Shown here: one piece after another, positions 53,079-64,000 of the stretch
How positions within the stretch are numbered: position 1 is the stretch's first letter
Layout: every line of letters begins with the position of its first letter
Assembly (NCBI GenBank): GCA_012026655.1
Contig: JAAILG010000387.1
Span: forward strand, 1-64,000
DNA length: 64,000 nt
DNA from: Hydrolagus affinis
Lineage: Eukaryota
Reading direction: 5' to 3'
Program-made: the position numbers and the translations under genes
The notes under the pieces: generated by a model
Told to the model about the DNA's origin: nothing
The model's database searches: none
What the model saw: only the letters and a program-made list of their open reading frames with translations

Positions 53079-53643
53079 CTCATACATAAATACAATGAAT
53101 AAATATTTCGGAAAACAATGAGATGAAGCTTTAAAATATCGCATGATATCAAAGGTTCGATTTCCGGAAACCAGAAATAAGAAAGTGGCTCGATTCAATG
53201 CATACAAAGCTGCTGAAATACCCTTGACATTTCCGATCAAAGTTATTGGGAGGTTGCACCCTATTGCGTTCAACCCTTAGAACAGTCATTCCAAAGGCTC
53301 CTGACACAACAAACATTGCTTATAACTCCATCATTGCTGGAAGTGTCACATAAAACACGTTATACTCTTTCGTGCCTCTTGCCACAGAGAAATATTGGCA
53401 GAACACTTACTATACGGATGTAATGTGAGTTTTACTACTGTGTATATATATCTCCAGCCAGACTGGAATTACCTCTCTGCTTCTAGCCCCATTGTGTCAC
53501 AACGTTTTGTCCACTTGTTTTGGTGACCTTGTTTTGTTTCAGTTCATTTACTCGTTACCTGTGTGTATCTCTGACAGCCAATCTAAAGAGAACCTGTACA
53601 CATCTCGATCCCTGAATCACCCTTTATCTTTATTTGTAAGGTT

Positions 53644-54048
53644 ATAATAATAATCCTTGCATTTGATGTAGCATCTTATCATGTCTTCAAGATGTCTCAA
53701 AGCGCTTCACAGGATATACTGTAAAGTGAATTGACTAGGTATTTTGTGGGCAGCCAATTGTGCACAGCAGTGTCCCTCAAACAGTCGTGGATTGAAATGA
53801 CCAATTTTATTTTATTTTATTTTGGGGGGATGGATTATTATTAGGCATGTGGAGTAAGGAAACCTGCCCAAGTTTTCAACCTGACCTGTTCCACCCTGAC
53901 TGTTCAGCGCTTTGGGACGTCCTCCCGATGTGAAAGGCGCTATACGAGTGCAATTTTGTTGTTGTTTGTTGTTGTTGACCTACCTGAATTCGAAACACAG
54001 GTCTCATGCTTGTAAGGCTAGTGCTCCAACCACTGAGCTTCAGGTCTC
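53644..54048 (-). mobile_element. SINE interrupted by an L2 tail insertion (53888-53975, +)
   Basis: tgacct repeated at 53882-53887 and 53976-53981 around ctgactgttcagcgctttgggacgtcctccc...(ttg)n. Confidence 0.85.
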
Positions 54049-55139
54049 CGCGAATGAAATGAATGGTCCATAAATGTTAACCTCAAAATGTTTGAGCGAT
54101 TGCTAGCAAAGGAAAGCCTGCCCGACTGCAGAAAGTTGAAACCATTTTGCTTATGTCTAACTGTTAAGTGTGCGACCTTAATTGTGGGAGATAGAGGCCA
54201 GCGTTGTGAGTCAGGAGTCTCGGTTACAAGGCCTGAAAGAGGAAACCTCTGAGAATTATATGGGAACCTCAAAGGAATGAGGATGTACATGACAAGTGTG
54301 TAAGTGTGTTCAGAGACTAGCGCTCATGGCAAGAGGGGGATTAGAGGCAGATGCGTACGGAGTAGTCAGAGAAGAAATTAAAATGGGTTGATACCATCAT
54401 GTATTAAACATTAATTTGGGCATTAAATACTAATTATGCAGTCGCTCCTATTACTACCCTGCCTTGGCAACTTGTGTGCAGCCCATAATAGGAAGCTATG
54501 TTTAAAGCAGGGGATTTAAATAATTGGCATCAATTAAACACTTTGACAGTAGACTCTTTGCATCCACTCATTATTAATTCAGCTCACAAGGCGCATCATT
54601 GTACATGTAAAGTATGTCGCAAGCTCACACAAACGGTTGCGCGATTTGAACAGTCGATAGCGTAGCCTTGTGACGAGACGAGAGTGCCTGCTTTAATGGT
54701 GGGGCTGACTGTAAGTAAATTCATGCCGTTGACCCCCTAATCCTAGCTGAATTTGCGCCATCGATTTTGATATTCCGGTCCCATTGTAAGCATTGATGTG
54801 AACACAGGCTGGCTGCTGGATTTGTTGTCTGTCACTAGGCTGCGCTACAATGCCATTAAAGTGACAAATGTATCCCAACCCTGTACTCGCTTGTCCTGAG
54901 AATTGTAGGTAGTGCAAAGCTAAATGAAAGAGCCAAACCAGAACGCAGGTTATTAAGGGTTTTAAAGGGCTTTAATTTGGATTATGTAAAGAAAGGCCAT
55001 GTCACTGTTATTGTCCCAGTGTACAAGATGAAATACCTGGCCGTTTGGACCTTGCTATGCAGTGCTGGCTGCTTCTTAAAGATGCCTCAGATAATCTCTT
55101 TGAACACTAAAGTTGAATGACATTGTTTCTCTCTAATAT

Positions 55140-55975
55140 AATAAACCCTTTGTTATTTGTTGTAGCTTCTTTCACATCAGGAGGACGTCTCGAAGACCTT
55201 CACAGGATTTTCTGCAGAGTGCAGTGACTATTCATATAAGGGGAACGCTGCAGGCAATTTCTGCAGAGCAGTGTTAATAATAAACTTATAATAATCCTTG
55301 CATTTGATATAGAGCCTCATCACGTCTTCGAGTCATCTCAAAGCGCTTCACAGAATATACGGTAAAGCAAATTGACTGTTAGCCTGCCATAAATTGTGGA
55401 GTCCTGTAGCTCACTGGTTAGAGCACTCGCCTTGCAAGTGTGAGACCTGTGTTCGAATCCAGACAGGTCAGGGCGAAACCTTGGGCAAATTTCCTTACTC
55501 CACACTCCGTCTGATAATAATCCCTCCAAAAAAAAACACAATAATAAAATTGATCCTTTCAATGCACGACTGTTTGTGGGGACGCTGCTGTGCGCCATCG
55601 GCTGCCACGTTTTGCCCACAAATGTAGTCAATTCACTCTACAGTACTTACGGTGAAGCGCTTTGAGACGTCAAGATGTGAAAAGCGCTATATCAAAAATG
55701 CAAGGATTATTATTTATATTATAAATTGAATGACCAATTTTATTTGGGTGATTGTTGGCTAGGGACACTGAGAGAAACTACTTTTTATTTTTGAATAGCG
55801 TCGCGGGATATTTAACATCCACCTGAACAGGGAGATAACCTCAGTCTAACATCTCCATACAAAGGAAGGTTCTCCCAACACTACATTGAAATGTCAGCCT
55901 AGTCTGTAAATTCAATGTCCTGAGGTGGGACATGTACCCACAAACGTCTGACTCAATCAGAACTATCCACTGCGC
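55140..55975. mobile_element. Old DeuSINE-like element (-) split by two younger SINEs: 55285-55380(-) and 55398-55716(+)
   Basis: Old tail at ~55140-55275 and old body at ~55725-55975 (ttgttggctagggacactgagagaa...gggatatttaacatccacctgaacag). Confidence 0.65.
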
Positions 55976-56113
55976 CAAACATATTGCATTTCTCCACAGC
56001 AAATTGTTAAATAATTTTTTTTGCTCAAACTGGAAATAGAGGACCGCTGGAAGGCGGATTCATTTAAAAAAAACACCCGACAATTGAAAATGTCTGAGGC
56101 ATGTAATATACAG

Positions 56114-56429
56114 TATAACAATCCTTGCATTTTAATATAGAGCTTTTCACGTCTTCTAGACGTCTCAAAGCACTTCACAGAATGTACTGTAAAATGAATT
56201 GACTGTATATTTGTGGGCGAAACGCAGCAGCCAATTGCACACAGCAGTGTCCCCACAAACAGCCGTGGATTGAAATGACCAATTTTTATTATTGTGTTTT
56301 TTCTGGAGGGATTATTATTAGGCACGTGTGGAGTAAGGAAACTTGCCCAAGGTTTTGCCTTGACCTGGATTCGAACACAAGTCTCACGCCTGTAAGGCAA
56401 GTGCTCTAACCACTGAGTTACAGGACTCC
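56114..56429 (-). mobile_element. SINE, full length
   Basis: Complete head and tail. Confidence 0.9.
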
Positions 56430-57746
56430 ACGAATCAGTATCAATACGTGTCAATATCTTCCCGGATTTTATTAATCTTTAACTGTTGCATTAATATTGG
56501 TGGAAGATGTAGGTTTGGAAGTGAAACACATTTACCCTTGCTCATTTATTTCAGATTTAAATGTCCGGAACTGCGAGATTGTTGCTCGCTTTTCGAAAGA
56601 CGCTGTAGCTGGAAAAGGTTATTGTGCTTCCAATTCCAAACAAAAGTGGCAGATATCAGCTACACTGAGCTGGGAGCTCTGCTGGCTCCAACTACTCTCT
56701 GCGCACAGCTTGAGACAGCGGGGTGTGGGGCAAGCGAGGAGTGCCTCAAAGACACCAAGCTTGTAGTTGATGCAAGAGCATAGAGCTAATGCGGTTCCTT
56801 CTATCACAACACGCAGGGAGTCTGAGCGGAGTCGGATCAGCAGGTCAGATGCTCAGGGGATTTGCTCACTGCAATAGTCCACAACAAGCCCTCCTCGGTG
56901 TAGCTCAGGCGTCGCTGTCAGTCTTAATGTGCCAATGATCCACTGCTCTTGTGACATCCACTGCAGTCACATCTATCTCCCAGGCACACATTACAACCTA
57001 CCTTATTTTCTGCTTGACATTTCAATGCAGGCTTGCTTCCCTCCTCGCCAGCTCAAATTCTGTACAAGTGTTTATGACTGTGGCATTTATTGGCAGGGCT
57101 TTATTGTTGTTAGGAACATAGGAGCAGGAGTAGGCCTTTCAGCCCTTCAAGCCTATTCCGCCATTTAATTAGATCATGGCTGATCTGTGCCTCTACTCTC
57201 CATTCCAATTTCCCGCTTTATCCCCGTATCCCTTAACACCCTAAACAAGCAGAATATACTTTAATTATTGAGTGTTTTATACAGTCAATTCACTTTAGTA
57301 TATTCTGTGAAGCGTTTCGAGACATCTCGAAGATGTGAAAAGCACTATATCAAATGCAAGGATTATTATTTATTATTATAAAAAATGAATATAACCAAAA
57401 ACAATTTAAAAAAATAAACAAATAAATAAATCTGTAGCTTTTGCCTTCGGTGCCTGATGCCAGAGCTTGACATTGTTGCCCACTTCTCACATGTTGATTA
57501 AGCCTGTAGGTTGCCTTGTCCCGGCATCTTACTGAATGTGAATGCCCTTTGAAAGTGTTTCCTTGTAACTTGTGACTGTGCATTTCTACAGGTTTCGTTC
57601 ATTGTGAAAATATTTGGAACTTCCCTTTTTTTGTGTTTGCTTCTAGTAGCTTGTTCAATGCAAAGAACAAAGGTTACCATGGAAATTCACTCTCCAATGA
57701 ATGGCTGCCAGTTGAGTGGATATCAGATTGTCGCGAGCACTTTAGC

Positions 57747-58071
57747 TATAATGATAATACTCCTTGCATTTGATGTAGTGCTTTTCACGTCTTCTAGACG
57801 TCTCAAAGCGCTTCACGCAATATACTGCAAAGTGAATTGATCAAATATTTGTGGGCGAAACACGGCAGCCAATTGCACACAGCAGTGTCCCCACAAACAG
57901 TCGTGGATTGAAATGATCAATTTATTCTGGATTTTTTTTTGACGGATTATTATTAGGCGCGTGTGTAGATTAAGGAAGCTTGCCCAAGGTTTCACCCTGA
58001 CCTGCCTGGATTCGAAACACAGGTCTCACTCTTATAAGGCGAGTGCTCTAATGACTGAGCTACAGGGCTCC
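57747..58071 (-). mobile_element. SINE, full length
   Basis: Complete head and tail. Confidence 0.9.
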
Positions 58072-59114
58072 ACTGAGTTACAGGAGATATGAGGATTTTA
58101 GCAGTTTATAATCTACGAGTGTCTGTAAATTTCTAACAGCTGTGAAGTTAGCTATAAATGGTTAAGAGCTAAGGTCATTTTAGAATCACAATGGGGCAGA
58201 AAACACAACGGAACGAATGCGGACAGTTCAATCTCCGTCTTTGAGTCGACGCATCCAATAACCGAAATATTGAATTAATCAATGAAATAGTGCCCATTGC
58301 ACTAGTATCAATGGAGGCGAGATGTATGTTGCTGCCAACTTGAAAGAGCTTTTACTTTCTGAGGTGCTTATTTCCAGAATCAATAACAATATTCAGACAA
58401 AGAGCATTGAGCGATCAGCATTCTTTCACACGCAGTGATACAGTTGGAGCATCCACTATAATAATGATCCACAGAAGGCAATTGTAGATTTTGTAGGCAG
58501 CACATTCACACGATGGCTCATATTTTCAAAACAATTATTCCTCAGCTGAATATTACAGCGCTCGCACTTACTTGAAATGCAATCCACATTACCAGGAGAG
58601 CTATGTACAGATGGCATGTTGCCTTCATCCTTTTTTCAGTATTTCATGTATTATGCTAACCTCTTTGCAAGAGGAATGACACAGACATGGATAACAGTAG
58701 CCATGTATAATAATCAACTCTTGTTGAAAATCAGACTGGATGGAATGCCTGTCCTACCCCTTATTTTGTGCTTGATTTTTTTTAAATTTCCTTTTATCGA
58801 CACATTTTGTATTGTGATGGCGAGGGAGTCAGTCAGCTTCTCCATCCAATAAAAGATTTGCTGTTGGGTTTTTAACTCTCTCTCGCTGTGACTGGCAGTG
58901 GGATTGCAATGTCCTTTGAAACGGGAGCATAGTCCCGGGTTATGACAGCAGAATGTTTTCCTTGGAATAGTGAGGTGTACCTTCGTCAATCAAACCGTGC
59001 GAAGAAGTGATACCACCTAATCCCTCAGTAATTCACGGAGAGAAACATCCTAAATGGTGTCAATTTGACATGGTCTCCTGCCAACCTCAAACTGATCATC
59101 TGTGTTTGGTATCT

Positions 59115-59430
59115 GGAGTCCTGCAGCTGAATGTTTAGAGCACTTGCCTCGCGAGTGAGAGGACGTGGGTTCAATTCCCGGGCAGAGCAAAATGTCGGAC
59201 AGGTTTCCTTACTCATATGCCTCTGTTTACCTAGTGCTAAGCAGGAACCTGGTTGTTAGTAGATTGGCAGCTCGCTATTTTGGGGGTAATAATCCTTTCA
59301 AAAATAAACAAATCAATAAATAAATTGGTCACTCAATCTACAACTGATTTGTGGGACACAGAGGCAGCCAATTGCGCACAGCAGTGTCCCACAAACAGTC
59401 GCACGCCAACTGCTAAGCTCCAGGGCTCCA
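59115..59430. mobile_element. Long-variant SINE (+, 59115-59360) fused to an inverted, internally deleted SINE piece (-, 59363-59430)
   Basis: ggagtcctgcagctg head; ggcagccaattgcgcacagcagtgtcccacaaacagtcg and ctaagctccagggctcca are reverse-complement SINE parts. Confidence 0.75.
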
Positions 59431-60299
59431 TCAGCCAGCCCAATTACTCACTACCCTCCTACCTCAGCCAAGCGATAGCAAGATCAAAAATATATGGGAC
59501 GCTTCAGGAATTTGCATGTTATCCTCGCACAAGGCCATGCTGATGTCTTTTGTGTCGTTTCCAATTTTAGATGATGTGCTGCGGCCTCCTGCTTGGCAAG
59601 GATTGTAGGCGAGGGAAGCGTACTGTGATGTTTCTTGCCTTTGAGACCGTGCTTTTTAATCGCCTTCAGTTGGTGAAACCGCCTGCAGTTTGTTTCATTA
59701 GCGAAAGTTACAGTGCATTTGAATTCTCGAGGCATCACTCAAGTCAGTTCAGTTCAGCTCACCTCAAGCATGTTTGTGGCAGAAAAAAATTGGTTGTGTG
59801 TCCTGTGAAGAAAATAAATCAAATAAGAGGAGTCTTTAACATGAATTAGATGAGCGATAATGACTTAATTTTGTCATCTAATTTAAACGCAAGCTTCTAT
59901 TTTGCATTGTATGTTGCTGTATTTTCGTTATACTTTCTGTCAGTGGTGTTGCTCCATTTTAATCTGGTTTAAAACTGCTGTGCCATTTTTAATCTGTTTT
60001 AATGTTGCTTGCTATGATTCGGAATTCACTGTGACCTAGTAATGGCAGGATAATTCCCTGTGCAGTTCACAGTTGCACTAACTGCTGTGTCTGTGACTGG
60101 ATTTGTGGAGACATCTGTGATCTGTGGATTGTATATTGAACGCATTCCCTGATCGTGAAGAACACAGTAGCTGAGGGAAACTGGGGACAGGAAGCTGGGG
60201 GGAAATCCTCACATAAAACTTTCAATGAATTTTAATACGCAAGTGGGTTAGCATCACAGATTTTAATAGTTCCGATGGTATTAAATATTTGGTGTTAGC

Positions 60300-61012
60300 C
60301 CGGTTAAGGTACGAGCACTCTCGACCTCTGAGTCAGAGGTTGTGGGTTCAAACTCCACGTTAGTACTTTGAACTCCTATAGTCTGACACTCTAATGTAGT
60401 TGTTGGGTGGGGGTTATGCTGCATTGTCGGAGTGATGTTAAACTGAGGTTCCGTCTGCCTGATCTGGTGATTGTTGACGATCCAATGGCACTATTTGAAA
60501 GAGAAAGAAGTTTCACTCTCCCAGTGTTCTGGCTAACAGTCCCCTGAATAGAATTAATCATTTATTTTATGGCTGTTGTGTGGGGGACATTGCTGTGGGC
60601 AAATTGGCAGCCATATATCCCCTCTCACAACACCTTACAGTACAATGTGGAGTCCTGTAGCTCAGTGGTTAGAGCACTCACCTTGCAACCAAGAGACCTG
60701 GGTTCGAATCCAGGTCAGGGCGAAAACTTGGGCAAGTTTCCTTACTCCACACGCCTGATAATAATCCCTTGAAAAACACAATAATAAATTGGCCATTTAA
60801 ATCCATTATGTTTTGTGGGGACGCCGTTGTGCACGATTGGCTGCCTCGTTGCGCCCACAAATACAGTCGATTCACTTTACACTATATTCTGTGATGCGCT
60901 TTGAGACGTCTAGAACACGTGAAAGCCGCTATATCAAATGCAAGGATTGTTATTATTATTCTGTGAGATGCTTTGAAACTGCTTCCAACGTAAGAAACGA
61001 AAGGATTATTAT
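60300..61012 (+). mobile_element. DeuSINE (SacSINE1-like) with a younger SINE (60649-60960) inserted in its tail
   Basis: gcactctcgacctctgagtcagaggttgtgggttcaaa head; gatgttaaactgagg...gatccaatggcactatttgaa...gtgttctggctaaca core; tail resumes at ~60957. Confidence 0.75.
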
Positions 61013-61115
61013 TAAATGGAGTTATTATTAACTTGATCATTGCATAAGTGTGTATTTAGTTTTAAACATATCTACTCAAAATGGCATGCAGCTGTAATTC
61101 CTCATGCATTTAATG

Positions 61116-61422
61116 TTAATAATCCTTGCATTTGATATAACGCTTTTCACGGCTTCTAGACGTCTCAAAGCACTTTATAGAAGAAACTGGTAAGTGAATT
61201 GACTGTATACTCGTGGGCAAAATGCAGCAGCCAATTGCACACAGCAGCATCCCACAAACAGTTGTGGATTGAAATGACCAATTTATTATAGGAATTTTTT
61301 TGGACGGATTATTATTAGGCATGTGGAGTAAAGAAACTTGCCCAAGGTTTCCCCCTGATCTGCCTGGATTCAAATACAGGTCTTGTAAAGCGAGTGCTCT
61401 AACCACTGAGCTACAGGACTCC
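61116..61422 (-). mobile_element. SINE, full length
   Basis: Complete head and tail. Confidence 0.9.
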
Positions 61423-62164
61423 AATGCTTGGGTTAAAGTCAGTAGTATTTCACATTGTTTTGTGAACTCAGTGGGATGGAGTTGAATAACGCAATGCATT
61501 GAGGGATTGAGAAGGCATCTTAAGCTAAGAGAAATTCAGTGGAGCAGTTTAACATTATCTTGACCCTGAGATGTCTTGCTGCCTCGGAACATACAGTACT
61601 ATCGGGTTAACAGGAATATGGTGATTTCTGACCATTTTATTATACCTTAGCTTTTTACGAGTAGGAGTGCAGTGATGCAAACCAGGCTTTCTCAAAAAAT
61701 AGTATGACTCGATATGCAGCAGTATTAAAGGGACTTATTTCTCTGACTGATAAAGAGACATATTATACTGTCTGTTTATTATAAAATTGATGCAGTACAC
61801 AGTAATCTTCAGAGGTGCCCTCTTAAGGATAATGCGGTGTTGTGGGTAGGCCATGAATTACAAACATGATCCGACCTGGTTAGGGATTAGATTGAAATTC
61901 AACCGTGCGTTTCAAACATGACAAATGTCAACTTAGAATATTGAAACAATTCTCATTTGAACAGAAAGGGTTTTTCCTTGATTGATATTCATGCTCCAGA
62001 CAGTCCGCAATGTTTGAATTCAATTTGTGGAGCAGTGACGGAATAGAAAGCAGTGTGTGATGGCGACTAATATGAGGAGATAAATAACTTTCAAGCTGAT
62101 GCTAGGATAGTCTTGCAGGTAGGCTCAGGAATGGTAAAGAGGTTTCAATATGGGTAAGCATAAC

Positions 62165-62562
62165 CAATTCAAGATCTGGGTCCTCACCTTTAAAGCCCTC
62201 CACGGCCTTGCCCCCCTCTGCAAACTCCTAATGCCCTACCAACCTGTCCGCTCCACCGCTCAGCGGGCACTGGCTTTCTTCATGTCCCTCGACCCACCCG
62301 CCCCACCATCAGCGGGCGAGCCTTCAGCCATTCTGCCCCAACCTTTTGAATTCCATCCACCTCGCGCCCTACCTAGCCTCCTTCACGTCCAACCTCAAGA
62401 CCCTCCTCTTCGATCGAGCCATCAATTACCCCCCTTCCCCTCCTTTCTCTCCAGACTCCCTGATCCCGACCCCAGCTCGGGTCTAAAACACTGACTGTCC
62501 AGCGCCTTGGGACGTCCTCCTGACGTGAGAGGCGCTGAACAAATGTAATTTTGTTGTTGTTG
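62165..62562 (+). mobile_element. 5'-truncated L2 LINE: ORF2 C-terminal remnant, 3' UTR and (TTG)n tail
   Basis: QFKIWVLTFKALHGLAP...LMPYQPVRS resembles the L2 ORF2 C-terminal FKILLLTYKALHGLAP motif; ends cagcgccttgggacgtcctcctgacgtgagaggcgctg...ttgttgttg. Confidence 0.85.
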
Positions 62563-64000
62563 TATAAGCTAACGAAAACCATAATCCCCTAGGTCATTCA
62601 ATGTGGCAAGCATCATGTGAACTGAAAACATTACTGTTCTCTTGGGCAGCCAACCTTCTCAACAGGACACTAATGCCTTTGGAGAGAAGCGGCGAGACAG
62701 TTGTGCGATGCTCGCAGAAGTGAACTAACTGCCTTTCATTGGTGAAAATAATAAGGTTCAGAGGGGACATGATCCAAGTCTTTGAAATGCTGAGTAGCCC
62801 AGAAAATGCAGGAAATTGAAAAAACAAGCACAGAACTGGATGACATTGATTTAAATACAAATTGTTCTCCCAGGAATCGGAGTGAAGTACTGTAATCATA
62901 ATCCTTGCATTTGATATTTTAATTGGAAAGCACGTATTTTACTAACAAAAGTCTTCTATTTACACTTAATTTTGAAGTATTGTACTTGCAAGAACAGCAA
63001 AAATGTGTACTTATAGACAGTAGTGCCTTTCATGTCCACGTCTAGTATCTCAAAGCTCTTTATAGACGCAAAATGCAAATTTGCAAAAATGTGGTTTGTA
63101 CTTTAAACTAGTCTAGTGATTGCTTTTGATTACTGTAGAACATACAAATATAGGGAAATGGCATGTCCAACGTCTTATGGAAAGGGAATATTACCAATTT
63201 AATATTGTTCAACTACAACATAATAACATCTATTTGGAACATTTTTTGTAATGGAAACTCATAAGGGGATGATTAATAGCAGCCACCTGCTCATCCAGTC
63301 GACCTTATCTGCATGGAATCTTTCACAGCAAGGATCACACAGAGTGGATTTGTGGCTCCGTGTGATTTTGTTGCTAAGTCGCTGGGCAGAAGTGAGGAAT
63401 CTCAAGGACATACTTCACTGGCAATTGAGTGCCAACAATGCAATACCGCGTCCTCATTTTATACTTGCTGCATCTCTTTTTGCTGGCTGCAAAGTAATAG
63501 AAAATCTGCTTCGAGGACACTGGGAAATCTATTCAGTGATAGGCATTTGCGAAGCTACTTTGTTTCCGCAATTTGCTTTCATTGCTCAAAATGGGATTGT
63601 GGAGATCAACTGTGTTGGAATTAAATGAGGGGAGATAAGGTTCCCTTTTGTCTAGATAATGGTCTTGTTGGTCTGTCAGAATAAATAAGAGCCAGAAATT
63701 GAAAATGGGGCTTTGGATAGGAAATCTGAATTCACTTTACTTCAATTGTGCTCTTTGGTTAAAGCGATGGAAATTTTTCTTCATTGCGTTTGTTTCTGAA
63801 ACTGGTTTTGAGAGTGGAGAAAAGAAGAGATAACAGAACATTATTTACTCTGATTTTGTTTTATTCTATTATGTCTTTCGACTGACTATTTTCGCTTATT
63901 AATACGATCAGGTAAAAAGCATTGCTTGGCTAGTGTAGTCACAGCCGGGAATCGAATGCTATGTTTATACAGCATATTTTGAATCATTTGGATAGTAATT

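Noticed and set aside
56448-56783. Overlapping ORFs in a slightly GC-richer patch
   Set aside because: No recognisable protein and no consistent exon chain; could be non-coding, unsupported.

Overview
Eukaryotic, intron-rich vertebrate DNA. The repeat content (tRNA-headed SINE with L2-type tail, DeuSINE/SacSINE1-like relics, shark-type CR1 and Penelope-type ends) suggests a cartilaginous fish, probably a holocephalan such as Callorhinchus; that assignment is inference. Positions 570-40018 (+) hold a complete ZBBX (zinc finger B-box) coding model that I assembled by eye: 19 exons, 2655 nt, 884 aa plus stop, with every splice phase joining and a GC-AG first coding intron. The main anomaly is a single intact 165-nt WDR49-like exon, with both splice sites, lying antisense inside that first intron (1314-1478); I found no partner exons in the window. 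The last ~24 kb looks intergenic and has one 100-N gap. About 35 copies or fragments of one SINE dominate the repeats. Also present are L2 and CR1 3' ends, a Tigger/pogo-like MITE, and Penelope-type insertions carrying minimal hammerhead-ribozyme-like motifs. Most listed ORFs are repeat or antisense artefacts. No database search was possible: gene and repeat family names come from recall, and repeat boundaries are approximate.
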